From Thermodesulfobacteriota bacterium (GTDB lineage Bacteria > Desulfobacterota > Desulfobacteria > Desulfobacterales > JAUWMJ01): a DNA stretch of 64,000 nt. Of the stretch, positions 1 through 9,309 are shown piece after piece. Numbering within the stretch: the first letter of the stretch is position 1; the number at the start of each line of letters is the position of its first letter. The notes below the pieces were generated by a model. The model did not search any database and was not told the DNA's origin. It was given only the letters and a program-made list of their open reading frames with translations. The position numbers were made by a program, and so were the translations under genes. The DNA lies in assembly GCA_034189135.1 (NCBI GenBank), contig JAXHVO010000128.1, forward strand, positions 16,251 to 80,250. The letters are read 5' to 3'.

Positions 1-1
1 T

Positions 2-1264
2 AACTGGAGGCTTTCTACAGACGAGATCATCTTTAACCTGAATGATTGCGAGCCCGAGGTTATTTTTGTTGACGAAGAGTATCAGGAACTGATCGAAGGA
101 GCGAAAGAAAAACTGACCTCAATAAAGAAATATTACAATCTGCAGATAAAAGGAGGCAGGTTCCTTGATATTGCGCCTTTGCTGGATACTTTGGGTGATG
201 TGGAGCCCGCTGAAGTTTCAACCGATGATGGTTTTGTTATTATCCATACCGCGGCAGTTGCAGGGAGGCCTAGAGGGGCTTTGCTGAGCCATGGAAATGT
301 CTTGTGCGCAAATATGCACCTTAATTACTGTTTCAATATGACGCCAAAGGATGTTCATTTAAACCTTCTGCCCCTTTTTCATGTGGGCGGACTTTTCATG
401 GCCACCAACAGCTTTCATGCAGGGGTTGTCAATATTAACATGCGCAAATTTGATGCGCAAAAGGCGGTGGAGCTCATTGAAGAAGAAAGAGTCTCTCTTT
501 TGTTCGATTTTCCGCCGATTCTGTCATCTATTCTGAAAGCATCCAAAGAAACCAAAAGAGAAATCCACACGCTAAAGTCAGTCATCGGACTCGGTACGCC
601 CGAAGATATTAAAGAATATCAAAAGATGACAGGCGGCACCTTCTATTGCATGTATGGGCAAACCGAGACATCATGTGTTGCTACTTTGGGACGTTATAAT
701 GCAAGACCGGGTTCGGCCGGGAAAACCATTTCACTGGCTGAAATAAGACTGGTGGATGACGATGATCAGCCGGTTCCCACAGGCCAGGTGGGTGAAATTA
801 CCATGAAGGGCCCCATGATTTTTAAGGGCTATTGGAATCTTCCTAAAGAAAATGCTTACACCTTCCGTGATGGGTGGCACCATACCGGAGACCTGGGTCG
901 TTTTGATGAAGAAGGTTTCCTTTTTTACGCCGGGCGTAAGGCGGAGAAGGAGCTTATCAAGCCTGGCGGTGAAAATGTTTACCCTGCCGAAGTTGAAAAA
1001 GTGATATTAAAACATCCCGCCGTTGAAAAGACCGTTGTATTTGGCGTACCGGATTCCAGATGGAAAGAGGGAATCAAGGCAGTCTGCCAGTTGAAAAAAG
1101 GAAAGAATCTTAATGCCAAACAGCTGATCGATTTTGTCGGTGAGCGTATCGCCCGTTACAAAAAACCCCAGTACGTTGAATTTGCAGATCAAATTCCCCT
1201 CCAAAAAGACGGTTCACCGGACAGAGCTAAAGTAAAAGAATTGTACGGTGGAGACCAGCAATAA
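2..1264 (+). CDS. AMP-forming acyl-CoA synthetase / fatty-acid--CoA ligase family protein (5' end outside window)
   Basis: The frame of ORF 179..1264 stays open back to nt 2 (NWRLSTDEIIFNLNDCEPEVIFVDEEY...), so the gene is cut by the window edge. Adenylate-forming superfamily motifs are present: YGQTET, GEITMKGPMIFKGYWN, WHHTGDLGRFDEEGFLFYAGR, PGGENVYPAEVE, ARYKKP. Confidence 0.85.
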   Translation, partial: NWRLSTDEIIFNLNDCEPEVIFVDEEYQELIEGAKEKLTSIKKYYNLQIKGGRFLDIAPLLDTLGDVEPAEVSTDDGFVIIHTAAVAGRPRGALLSHGNVLCANMHLNYCFNMTPKDVHLNLLPLFHVGGLFMATNSFHAGVVNINMRKFDAQKAVELIEEERVSLLFDFPPILSSILKASKETKREIHTLKSVIGLGTPEDIKEYQKMTGGTFYCMYGQTETSCVATLGRYNARPGSAGKTISLAEIRLVDDDDQPVPTGQVGEITMKGPMIFKGYWNLPKENAYTFRDGWHHTGDLGRFDEEGFLFYAGRKAEKELIKPGGENVYPAEVEKVILKHPAVEKTVVFGVPDSRWKEGIKAVCQLKKGKNLNAKQLIDFVGERIARYKKPQYVEFADQIPLQKDGSPDRAKVKELYGGDQQ

Positions 1265-1415
1265 AGATCGCTCTTGCAAGAATGCCCTTTCTTATTTTTC
1301 ACCACGGATTTTCACTGATATTTCACAGATGTTTAATACACATGTTCTTTAATACGATTACATATAATGTTTCATTTTCACCGCAAAGCCGCAAAGCACG
1401 CAAAGAATCTTATTG

Positions 1416-1474
1416 TTATTGCTTTCCGCTGAGCCCCGCTAACTGAAGCGGGATAAAAGGGCGGAAAGCAATAA
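1416..1474. repeat. Hairpin with a 14-bp perfect stem plus an inner 6-bp stem
   Basis: ttattgctttccgc (1416-1429) pairs with gcggaaagcaataa (1461-1474). The inner stem is cccgct/agcggg. Confidence 0.85.
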
Positions 1475-1546
1475 AGAATTCATCCCTACGGGAAAAGGTA
1501 ATTTGATATAAAAACATATAGTTGTAACAATATAAGCGCTAATTGA

Positions 1547-1605
1547 TTTTCCTTTGCCGTCCTTCCTGTCCGCCGGTATTTTTGGTGGATCAACGGCAAA
1601 GGAAA
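1547..1605. repeat. Hairpin with a 14-bp perfect stem and a 31-nt loop
   Basis: ttttcctttgccgt (1547-1560) pairs with acggcaaaggaaaa (1592-1605). Confidence 0.85.
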
Positions 1606-1758
1606 AATTTTGTTCTCTGCGTTCTTTGCGTCTGAGCAAGCGAAGCGGGCGGTGAAATAAATTTAAATAAAACACGTCATCGAATTAACGAATTGAAGCG
1701 CTAAGAAACCATATTTCAGTGGATCTCCGTGCAACTCCGTGGTAAATCTTTACGGCAT

Positions 1759-2430
1759 TTATACTCTTAAAACCACCAGTGCATCCACGGCAACCGGTCT
1801 GCCGCCTGACAGAATTAAAGGATTAATATCAATTTCTTTAATATTTTCATTCTCTAAACCGATTCTGCCAAGTGCAACCAGGATATCGGAAAGTTTGATG
1901 AGATCGGCTGCTTTCATGCCACGAATTGCATGGAGTATTTTGCGCCCTTTGATTTCCTGCATCATTTCCAGGGCATCTCGTTTTTCCAGAGGCGCCACGC
2001 GAAAAGAGATATCTTTTAATATTTCTGTAAATATTCCTCCAAGTCCAAACATCACACAGGGGCCGAACTGAGCGTCTCGGATTAGTCCTGCAACCAGTTC
2101 CCGCTTTCCTTTAATCATTTCCTGAACCAGAACCGCCTTTTCATTTCCATTCATTCCGGCAATAATTTCATGAAAAGCGACTTTTGCCTCATCCTCATTT
2201 CGAATATCCACACGGATCAGGCCCTTTTCCGTCTTATGGGAGATATCCGGTGAACATGCCTTTATTACAACCGGATAACCGGTTTCACCGGCAGCTTTAA
2301 TAAGGTTCTCCTCGTTTTTCACCAGCGCCTCTCTGGTCACCGGAATTCGGTAGGAAGCCAGAAGCTGTTTGGATTCAAATTCAGAGAGTGCTGTTTGTCC
2401 ACTTCTTATCGCATCATCAATTATTTTCAT
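1759..2430 (-). CDS. ADP-forming (NDP-forming) acyl-CoA synthetase, beta subunit (ATP-grasp)
   Basis: The sequence is ATP-grasp-like, and the SPDISHKTEKGLIRV loop is typical of the beta subunit of archaeal-type acetyl/acyl-CoA synthetases. I moved the start to ATG 2430 (MKIIDDAIR), which has AAGGAGA about 7 nt upstream. Confidence 0.8.
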   Translation of the reverse strand: MKIIDDAIRSGQTALSEFESKQLLASYRIPVTREALVKNEENLIKAAGETGYPVVIKACSPDISHKTEKGLIRVDIRNEDEAKVAFHEIIAGMNGNEKAVLVQEMIKGKRELVAGLIRDAQFGPCVMFGLGGIFTEILKDISFRVAPLEKRDALEMMQEIKGRKILHAIRGMKAADLIKLSDILVALGRIGLENENIKEIDINPLILSGGRPVAVDALVVLRV

Positions 2431-2553
2431 CTCATTCTCCTTGCGTATGTCAAAGTTCTGTTTCTTCGTTTTATTCAATTTTTAAAACCACGTCCTTTTG
2501 CCTCTGTGCCTTTCTCTTCCCCTATTCAACATTCGATGTTGGACGTTCGATGT

Positions 2554-4005
2554 TCATTTTCTCTTGTTTTTCATTCTGCCTTTTATCTTTGCATATTCCC
2601 ACAGGGCTGCCATAGCCCTGACCGCTCTTCCCGGTGTGGGATAAACAGGAATACCACCATCTTGTATCAGAGCTACGGCATTATCCTCCCGACCACTAAA
2701 GCACGCACATAATATCGGTTTTTTAAATTTTTCAGGCAATTTTACAAATTCATTGCAGGCTTTTTCCGTCATTTGTTCCATTAAGTCCAAAGGAATATCG
2801 GAAAGATTGTTCGCAAGGGCTATTTTATCCTTGAAATGAATGGTTCCGAAAATACCATAAAAAAGCATTCCGTCTATTTGTCTCAGATTCAAGATTAATT
2901 CAGGCAATTTTTTATATATCAGATCCAGATCGTAATTCATAGTAACATCCACCGGATTTACGTATGCTGCTGTGAAAGGGGTCATGGCTTTTATTTTGTC
3001 CTGGATTTTCGGGTCAAACAGGGGAATCTTCAGACCGCAATTATTGGCTTCATCGGCCATGGAACTGCCAGGTCCTCCGGAATTGGTCAAAACAGCCACA
3101 TTTTTTCCTTTGGGTAACGGTTGCTGGGCCAAAGCCAGGCTCCAGTCGAAAAGGTCAGTGACGTTTCTCGCTCTTAGAATACCTGCTTGATGGAACAACC
3201 CGCTGTAAAGTTCGTCCGGGCCAGCCATGGAACCGGTATGAGAAGCGCAGGCTCTGGCACCGGCTTCGGTTCCGCCGACATACACGGCGACAATAGGTTT
3301 TTGTGGTGTTATTTTTCGGGCTGTTTTCAAAAAGGCCATCGGTCTTTTGATACCCTCGATATACAAAGCAATAGATCTGGTTTGGTCATCTTCTCCAAGA
3401 TAGGCAAGGCAGTCAACCATATCGATATCAGCCTGATTGCCGACGCTGATTGCCTGGCTGATACCCAGACCAAGTTTTTCAAAATAGGTCAGTGTCTGGG
3501 TGACATAGCTGCCGCTTTGGGAAATAATCCCCACATGTCCGGCCCGGTACTTGCTGGGAAACCATGTGGTATTCAGTCCGATTGGACCGTTGACAATTCC
3601 AATACAGTTAGGGCCAAGAAATCGGATGTCATACTTTTGGGCGACAGCTATCAGCTCCTGCTGTAGCAGTTTTCCTTTTTGGCCGATTTCACCATAGCCT
3701 GCTGTTATGATAATAGCATGTCGGATTCCTGCCTTCCCGCATTCCTCGAGGACGCCGGGGATGGCTTTCCCGGGTATTACTATTACCGCAAGGTCAGCTG
3801 GTTTATCCATTGATGTGATATCAGGATAAGCTTTGAGGCCCAGAACTGTTTTTTCTTTTCTGTGAATGGGATAAATATTTCCCTTGTATCCACCTTTTAC
3901 AATATTAATAAGCTGAGCCGTGCCCATTGTTAGGAGGGAGTTGGAGCCTCCGAGATAGACAATGGATTCAGGGTTCATAATGGTTTGTAAAGGGTTCGCC
4001 TGCAT
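2554..4005 (-). CDS. ADP-forming acyl-CoA synthetase, alpha subunit paralogue 1 (CoA-binding + CoA-ligase domains)
   Basis: There is an N-terminal CoA-binding Rossmann segment (IVYLGGS...IYPIHRK...DLAVIVIP), then FLGPNCIGIVN and the phospho-His loop ACASHTGSMAG. Confidence 0.8.
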   Translation of the reverse strand: MQANPLQTIMNPESIVYLGGSNSLLTMGTAQLINIVKGGYKGNIYPIHRKEKTVLGLKAYPDITSMDKPADLAVIVIPGKAIPGVLEECGKAGIRHAIIITAGYGEIGQKGKLLQQELIAVAQKYDIRFLGPNCIGIVNGPIGLNTTWFPSKYRAGHVGIISQSGSYVTQTLTYFEKLGLGISQAISVGNQADIDMVDCLAYLGEDDQTRSIALYIEGIKRPMAFLKTARKITPQKPIVAVYVGGTEAGARACASHTGSMAGPDELYSGLFHQAGILRARNVTDLFDWSLALAQQPLPKGKNVAVLTNSGGPGSSMADEANNCGLKIPLFDPKIQDKIKAMTPFTAAYVNPVDVTMNYDLDLIYKKLPELILNLRQIDGMLFYGIFGTIHFKDKIALANNLSDIPLDLMEQMTEKACNEFVKLPEKFKKPILCACFSGREDNAVALIQDGGIPVYPTPGRAVRAMAALWEYAKIKGRMKNKRK

Positions 4006-4008
4006 ATA

Positions 4009-5424
4009 TTATCCTTTAGTGTCGGGTTTAATGTCAAATTGCATGGATCGATACTTTACAAGGTTTGCCATAGCCCTGGCTGCCTGTTCCGGCGTTGGGT
4101 AATTGACAAGAGCGCCGGATTCTTCAAGGTGGCGAATATTGTCATCCCATACACCTGGCGGGGCAAGGATGCAGCTGATGATCGGTTTGGCCTGTTTAAA
4201 TTCTGTAAGGAATTCGGACATCTCTTCAAGTAAATTTGCATTGGCCGACGCAAACATGATAAGAAGGAGGATGGCGTTCACATTCTTGTCATTTATAACG
4301 GCGCGAATGATACCACTTTGTGCGGAGGCATTATACCAGGCCGGGCCCATGTCGACAGGATTGGTTCTTAAAGCCAAAGGCGGTAGAAATTTATTGATGC
4401 TTTGCTGAGTAAGTTTTTCAAAACGGGCGATTTTAAGGCCGCAAGCCTCGCATGCATCACAGGCTGCCAGGCCCGGCCCGGCCTGACCGGACAGAACTGC
4501 CACCCCGGGCCCTTGAGGGATTCCAGAGGAACCAAAGGCTTTGGCAGTATCCAGAAGAGACTCTGCACTGTCCAATGACAATATGCCTGCCTGGCTGAAT
4601 GCCCCCTGGTAGATTTCATGTTTTCCTGCCATGGAGCCGGTATGGGATTTGACTGCCTGATCGCCTTTTTCCGAGCTTCCGGTTTTGTAGATAATCACCG
4701 GCTTTTTATGGCGATACTTCTTGACCGCTTCAATAAATCTTGTCGGATCATCGATCCCCTCCATGTAGAGCATGATTACATTTGTAGCGGAATCATTCAT
4801 GAGGTAATCAATTATTTCAGCAAAATCGACGTTGAGCCGGTTGCCCAATCCAATAATTTTGCTGAATCTTACATCCACTCTCATGGCCAGAAAGCCAAGC
4901 AGATGGGATATCCCGCCACTCTGGCTGACCAGCGCAATTTTTCCTTTTTTTAACAAAGAAAATTCAGGGGTGAACGAGGCGTTCAGATTGGCATGAAAGT
5001 CAATCATGCCGAAGGTGTTTGGGCCGATCACCGGAATTTTTGCTGGATTTACTATGGCGGCAATTTTTTGGTGGAGCTTGGCACCTTGAGGGTCATCTAT
5101 TTCCTTAAAACCTGCAGTAATCAGTACGATGCCTTTAACGTCTTTTTCCGCACACTGGGCGAAAACGCCGGGAACCAGTTTGGCTGGCACAACCACAATT
5201 GCCAGTTGGATTCTATCGGTATAGTCCTTGATAGAGCGATAGGCTGGTAATCCCCAAATTTTCGGACTGGTGGGGTTCAGCGGAATAATTTTGCCGGCAA
5301 AACCCCCTTTGTTCAGACTTTTCATTACATGAAACCCAAGTTTATCGGGGTTGTCCGACGCACCGATCACCGCAACGGTGTTGGGATTAAACATTGTTTC
5401 CAGATTGGTTTGGATCAAGCTCAT
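4009..5424 (-). CDS. ADP-forming acyl-CoA synthetase, alpha subunit paralogue 2
   Basis: The architecture matches 2554..4005 (VAVIGASDNPDKLGF, IGPNTFGMID, VKSHTGSMAG) but the sequence is clearly divergent. Its stop lies 3 nt before the next gene's ATG. Confidence 0.8.
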   Translation of the reverse strand: MSLIQTNLETMFNPNTVAVIGASDNPDKLGFHVMKSLNKGGFAGKIIPLNPTSPKIWGLPAYRSIKDYTDRIQLAIVVVPAKLVPGVFAQCAEKDVKGIVLITAGFKEIDDPQGAKLHQKIAAIVNPAKIPVIGPNTFGMIDFHANLNASFTPEFSLLKKGKIALVSQSGGISHLLGFLAMRVDVRFSKIIGLGNRLNVDFAEIIDYLMNDSATNVIMLYMEGIDDPTRFIEAVKKYRHKKPVIIYKTGSSEKGDQAVKSHTGSMAGKHEIYQGAFSQAGILSLDSAESLLDTAKAFGSSGIPQGPGVAVLSGQAGPGLAACDACEACGLKIARFEKLTQQSINKFLPPLALRTNPVDMGPAWYNASAQSGIIRAVINDKNVNAILLLIMFASANANLLEEMSEFLTEFKQAKPIISCILAPPGVWDDNIRHLEESGALVNYPTPEQAARAMANLVKYRSMQFDIKPDTKG

Positions 5425-5510
5425 TGTATTTTATTTCCTGTTTATAAAGTGCATACCGATATCCTTTATTTTTAGTCGATAGATTTTTTATTGGTCTTTG
5501 GAGAATCATT

Positions 5511-6755
5511 CTAACCGGTTGGCGGTTTTTTCAGATATAATGAAGAAATCATACCCACAAGTGAGATGCCTCCTGCCGTAAGAAACGGCAGGGTAAATGA
5601 ATGGCTCACATCGGCCATGTATCCCCCCAGTGCAGGACCCAGTGCCTGACCGATGCCGAAAAAAAGCGTGATAAACCCCAGGCCAGCCGGTGCCAGGCGA
5701 GGACCAAAAAAATCACCGGCGGTTGCAGCCATGATTGTTGGTATACTCCAGGCAGTAAAACCGAACATGACTGCTGATAGGTAAAAACCGAATTTTATTT
5801 TGATCAGCGCAAATACAATATAGGAAAGTCCCAGGACCAGATAAGCCAGAGCTGCTCCCTTGCTGCGTCCGATACGGTCGGATATTCCACCCCAGATCAC
5901 GCCGCAGAAGATGCTAAATCCCCCTACCATTGCCCATAGGCCACCGGCCCACGATTGTGTAAATCCCATTTCTTTTACCAGGTAGGCCGCAAAAAAAACC
6001 ATATAAATAATATAGGAAAGACCATAAAAAAAATATACGATTCCCAAATACCAGGCGGCACTATTTCTGTACACGGCAGACCACTGAAGAGAGGATGTCT
6101 TGACATTATCCGATGCAATCGGTTGGGGTTTTTGGATTGGCTCGCTTCCCACCGGTAGCAGCCCCTTTTCTTCCGGTCGGCTGCGGATAAATAAAAACAC
6201 CACACCAGAAATTACCAGCACGGCACCGCCTAATATATACCATGAAAATCGCCAGCCTTCCGGGCCATAAGCGGTTAGAATCGGTGGGACCAGCAGGCCG
6301 GATATTAAAGTACCTGCACCAATTCCGCCGGAAACAATTCCGGTGGCAAATCCTCTGCGGTTGACGGCAAACCAGGCTGAGCCCAGTGCCATAGCCGGGA
6401 CATAGGCCGCTCCGTTGCCAAGACCGGTTAATAGCCTCATGGAAAAGGCAAATCCGAATGAATGGGCTATGCCGGTGAGGATCATGCTGCCACCCATCAG
6501 TAACAACGCAAAGGTGATGACAATGCGGGTTCCAAAGCGTGCGGCAAGGAATCCACCGATAATGGCCATGGAAAGATAGCCGATAAAGTTTCCGGTTCCG
6601 AGCAGACCCAGTTGGGTATAGTCGAAATTCAGGCCGTCTTTCATGGCAGGAAGAATAATGGTATAGGCCATGCGGCCAAAACCGTGTGCAGCAATAGTCG
6701 TGGCAAGACCCATGAAAATAACGATCCATCCGTAATGCAATTTCTTTTGTTCCAT
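5511..6755 (-). CDS. MFS transporter
   Basis: The 414-aa protein is very hydrophobic, with two roughly 6-TM halves separated by a hydrophilic loop (RSRPEEKGLLPVGSEPIQKPQ). It has an MFS-like loop motif (ISDRIGRSKG) and a GGAGGA Shine-Dalgarno sequence. Confidence 0.8.
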   Translation of the reverse strand: MEQKKLHYGWIVIFMGLATTIAAHGFGRMAYTIILPAMKDGLNFDYTQLGLLGTGNFIGYLSMAIIGGFLAARFGTRIVITFALLLMGGSMILTGIAHSFGFAFSMRLLTGLGNGAAYVPAMALGSAWFAVNRRGFATGIVSGGIGAGTLISGLLVPPILTAYGPEGWRFSWYILGGAVLVISGVVFLFIRSRPEEKGLLPVGSEPIQKPQPIASDNVKTSSLQWSAVYRNSAAWYLGIVYFFYGLSYIIYMVFFAAYLVKEMGFTQSWAGGLWAMVGGFSIFCGVIWGGISDRIGRSKGAALAYLVLGLSYIVFALIKIKFGFYLSAVMFGFTAWSIPTIMAATAGDFFGPRLAPAGLGFITLFFGIGQALGPALGGYMADVSHSFTLPFLTAGGISLVGMISSLYLKKPPTG

Positions 6756-6850
6756 TTTGTCCTCCGAGACTTTTTCTGTAAATGAGCTCCTTAATATCTT
6801 ATATGGGTTCAGCCAAACGAATCTTTTTTACATTTTAACATTTTTGCTAT

Positions 6851-7258
6851 TTATTCCAACCTTTTCAGGAATGATTGAAACAATTCCCATTCTTTAAGGG
6901 AATAACGGTTTACAAACTGGCTGTTTATTTCGTCGAATATTGAAAGAATTGAATTGCGGTTTTTCTCAGATTTGGCGGAAAGGTGAATGCGGAAAGCACG
7001 GCGATCATTGGGATCGGGTCGTCGTTCTATCCAGCCATTCCGTTCCAGGCGGTCTAATAACCCTGTGGTAGTAGGTCTGTCTAATGCAGTCTTTTCGGCA
7101 AGTTGGCTCGGGAAAAGCGATTCTTCTTCAAAGATAGCTACCAGCATAAAAAATTGCCCGTGTGTTAGCCCGAAAACAGAGATTTTATCCCTGTAATAAC
7201 GGGTAATTTTTCTTGTTGTGCGACCTAACTGAAAACATATGCAGTCTTGAAAAACCAT
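6851..7258 (-). CDS. MarR family transcriptional regulator
   Basis: It has a winged-HTH region (LTHGQFFMLVAIFEEESLFPSQLAEKTALDRPTTTGLLDRLERNGWIERRPDPNDRRAFRIHLS) and is the first gene of the minus-strand operon. Confidence 0.8.
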   Translation of the reverse strand: MVFQDCICFQLGRTTRKITRYYRDKISVFGLTHGQFFMLVAIFEEESLFPSQLAEKTALDRPTTTGLLDRLERNGWIERRPDPNDRRAFRIHLSAKSEKNRNSILSIFDEINSQFVNRYSLKEWELFQSFLKRLE

Positions 7259-7531
7259 GAATCCACCTTTTATAAACCCGAAAAAATTGAATCCAACCAG
7301 TATGTCATATCGAGCTCGGAAAGAAATCTTATCTTTTAAATTAAAAAATTACATACGGATTTGCTCACATCTTTATGCAACGGACAACTGACAATTATCA
7401 ACGGACGTTATTTAATATAGTTAGCACGCTAATAATCTGAATGCAACTTACTTTTAAATAAAACATATTTTTTCCTTTGAAAAATTATTATTTCTGTATA
7501 AAGTTGAAAAAACAAAGGGAAGGGTTTTGTT

Positions 7532-8314
7532 ATGAAAAAACAGATTGTTGTATTTTTATTTTCTATGTTGATTGTTCTAATGTTTCAGGAAAGTTGGGCG
7601 GGTTTGCAAAAAACAAAAATTGCCGTCCTTGATTTTAAGGTTTTGGGAAAAGGGCATGTGGACACTCAGGTGGGGAATAGCATTGCAGATCAGTTAATAG
7701 AAGCTTTAGACAAGGATTGGCGGTTTGAAGTCGTAGAACCGGGATTAATCAAAAAGGTCATAAGAGAACAGCAGCTTGTTTTAGAGAAAAAAGAGCATCG
7801 GCTCATTATTACAGATTTGGCAAAACTGCTTGGAGCTAAAGTTTTGATTTCGGGTTTTGTAATTAAATATGGAAATATTATTGAGATCGAGGTTAGAGTA
7901 ATCAATGCCGACAATGCTTCTATAATTGCCGCTGAAAGTATGAAGATCCCGGCAGATGCTCCCCTCGAGAGTTTGGCTGATCAAGCGGTTGAGAAAGTAA
8001 TCAATATTTTTCCGTTTAAAGGTATTGTTGTTTTTCGCACGCAAGATCGGATTACTGTCGATTTAGGTCGGTGTGATGGTATTAAATCTGGAATGCACTT
8101 TGCTGTTTTTAAAGGACATAAGGTCATTAGATGTCCTGAAACCAGGCGGGTAATTGATTGTGACAGAATGCAGACGGGTGTATTTGAAATAGAAAATGTC
8201 AAAGATAAGATTTCAACTGCCCGCGTATTGGTCGAAAAATTTTCCGGCGCAATAGACAGCGGTCAAACAGTAGAAAGCGCTGAAGAGCTTTTAATACCTG
8301 AGGATTGCAGATAG
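7532..8314 (+). CDS. Secreted protein with a CsgG/FlgO-like N-terminal domain
   Basis: It has a signal peptide (MKKQIVVFLFSMLIVLMFQESWA). KIAVLDFKVLGKG...VGNSIADQLIEAL resembles the IAVLxF...G motif of CsgG/FlgO/TolB-N-like periplasmic domains. The family assignment is from memory. Confidence 0.45.
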   Translation: MKKQIVVFLFSMLIVLMFQESWAGLQKTKIAVLDFKVLGKGHVDTQVGNSIADQLIEALDKDWRFEVVEPGLIKKVIREQQLVLEKKEHRLIITDLAKLLGAKVLISGFVIKYGNIIEIEVRVINADNASIIAAESMKIPADAPLESLADQAVEKVINIFPFKGIVVFRTQDRITVDLGRCDGIKSGMHFAVFKGHKVIRCPETRRVIDCDRMQTGVFEIENVKDKISTARVLVEKFSGAIDSGQTVESAEELLIPEDCR

Positions 8315-8319
8315 ACATT

Positions 8320-9291
8320 ATGATAAACATTTTTCATAGGAAAAAGAGAATTCCCTCTAAAAAGGTGGGTTTAGCGCTGGGCAGCGGCTCCGCCCGTGGA
8401 TGGTCTCATATTGGAGTAATACGCGCCTTGGCCGAAGCAGGCATTCGTGTGGATTATATTGCCGGAACCAGCATCGGCGCGCTGGTTGGAGCTGTTTACG
8501 CTTCCGGTGAGATTGATGCTTTGGAAGAGGTAGTTTTGCAGCTTGACTGGAAGAAGATTGCTTATTTATTTGATGTTGTCTTTCCGAAATCGGGCCTTAT
8601 CGATGGAAAAAAGGTTTCCGTTTTTATCCAAAAGCATGTGAAGGAAATAAATATTGAAGATCTTTCCCTCCCTTTTTGCGCGGTGTCCACAGATCTTACT
8701 ACCGGAGACGAGATCGCAATAAGAGAGGGAAATATCATTGAGGCAGTCAGGGCCAGTATTTCAGTTCCCGGAATATTTACACCGTTTAAAAAAAACGGCA
8801 CAATTCTTGTTGACGGTGGGTTGGTTAACCCGGTTCCAGTAAGTGTGGTAAGAGAGATGGGCGCTGAATTTGTGATAGCGGTGGACCTTAACCATAATAT
8901 CATTGGAAATAACGGATTTGAAAAGACCCCTGGAAGGGATTCGGGCAAAGGGTTTTCTGAAAAAAAAGGTCGGCAGAATCGGGAAAAAAGAAACAAACTT
9001 CTAGAGGCTTTGAACAAAAGGATCGAGGCAGTCGATTTTCCCGCCTTAACCCAGATAAGGCAGTGGATGAAGAAAGAGCCTCTGCCGAGCATTTTTGAAG
9101 TATTAGCCACATCCGCCAGCATAATGGAAACACAGATTACAACCATAAGACTGAAAACCGATCCTCCTGACATTCTGATTCAGCCCAATCTGGGTCATAT
9201 CAAATTCCTTGAATACAATCGTGCCAAAGAAGCCATTGACGAAGGATATAAAGAAGGCGGCAATGAAATAAGAAAATTCTTAGGGGTATGA
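8320..9291 (+). CDS. Patatin-like phospholipase (RssA-like)
   Basis: GLALGSGSARGWSHIGV is the oxyanion GxGxxG, GTSIGALVG is the GxSxG nucleophile, and there is a DGGLVNPVP Asp motif. The start is ambiguous (TTG 8305 or ATG 8320). Confidence 0.85.
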   Translation: MINIFHRKKRIPSKKVGLALGSGSARGWSHIGVIRALAEAGIRVDYIAGTSIGALVGAVYASGEIDALEEVVLQLDWKKIAYLFDVVFPKSGLIDGKKVSVFIQKHVKEINIEDLSLPFCAVSTDLTTGDEIAIREGNIIEAVRASISVPGIFTPFKKNGTILVDGGLVNPVPVSVVREMGAEFVIAVDLNHNIIGNNGFEKTPGRDSGKGFSEKKGRQNREKRNKLLEALNKRIEAVDFPALTQIRQWMKKEPLPSIFEVLATSASIMETQITTIRLKTDPPDILIQPNLGHIKFLEYNRAKEAIDEGYKEGGNEIRKFLGV

Positions 9292-9309
9292 GCAAGTTAA
9301 ATTCGATTT

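Larger units (their letters stand above)
1295..1748. repeat. Composite nested inverted-repeat element in the gap between convergent genes
   Basis: The outer arms are 1295-1330 (tttttcaccacggattttcactgatatttcacagat) and 1711-1748, whose reverse complement reads gatttaccacggagttgcacggagatccactgaaatat. The second pair is 1375-1407 (ttttcaccgcaaagccgcaaagcacgcaaagaa) and 1613-1657 (ttctctgcgttctttgcgtctgagcaagcgaagcgggcggtgaaa). Two perfect-stem hairpins lie inside. Confidence 0.8.

Noticed and set aside
1439-1675. A 78-aa minus-strand ORF in the track, inside the nested repeat region.
   Set aside because: It is composed almost entirely of the hairpin and repeat sequences (R/K/L-rich low complexity) and has no Shine-Dalgarno sequence. 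It is most likely a by-product of the palindromes rather than a gene.
6106-6729. Long alternative-frame or antisense ORFs inside real genes. Examples are 6106..6729, 8562..9173, 12806..13249, 13754..14218, 14476..14901, 44287..44754, 54686..55216, 54694..55467 and 56282..56779.
   Set aside because: Each lies fully within a gene that has strong family motifs on the other frame or strand. Their translations are low-complexity (R/P/S/C-rich), which is typical of shadow ORFs, especially in the GC-rich RND block.
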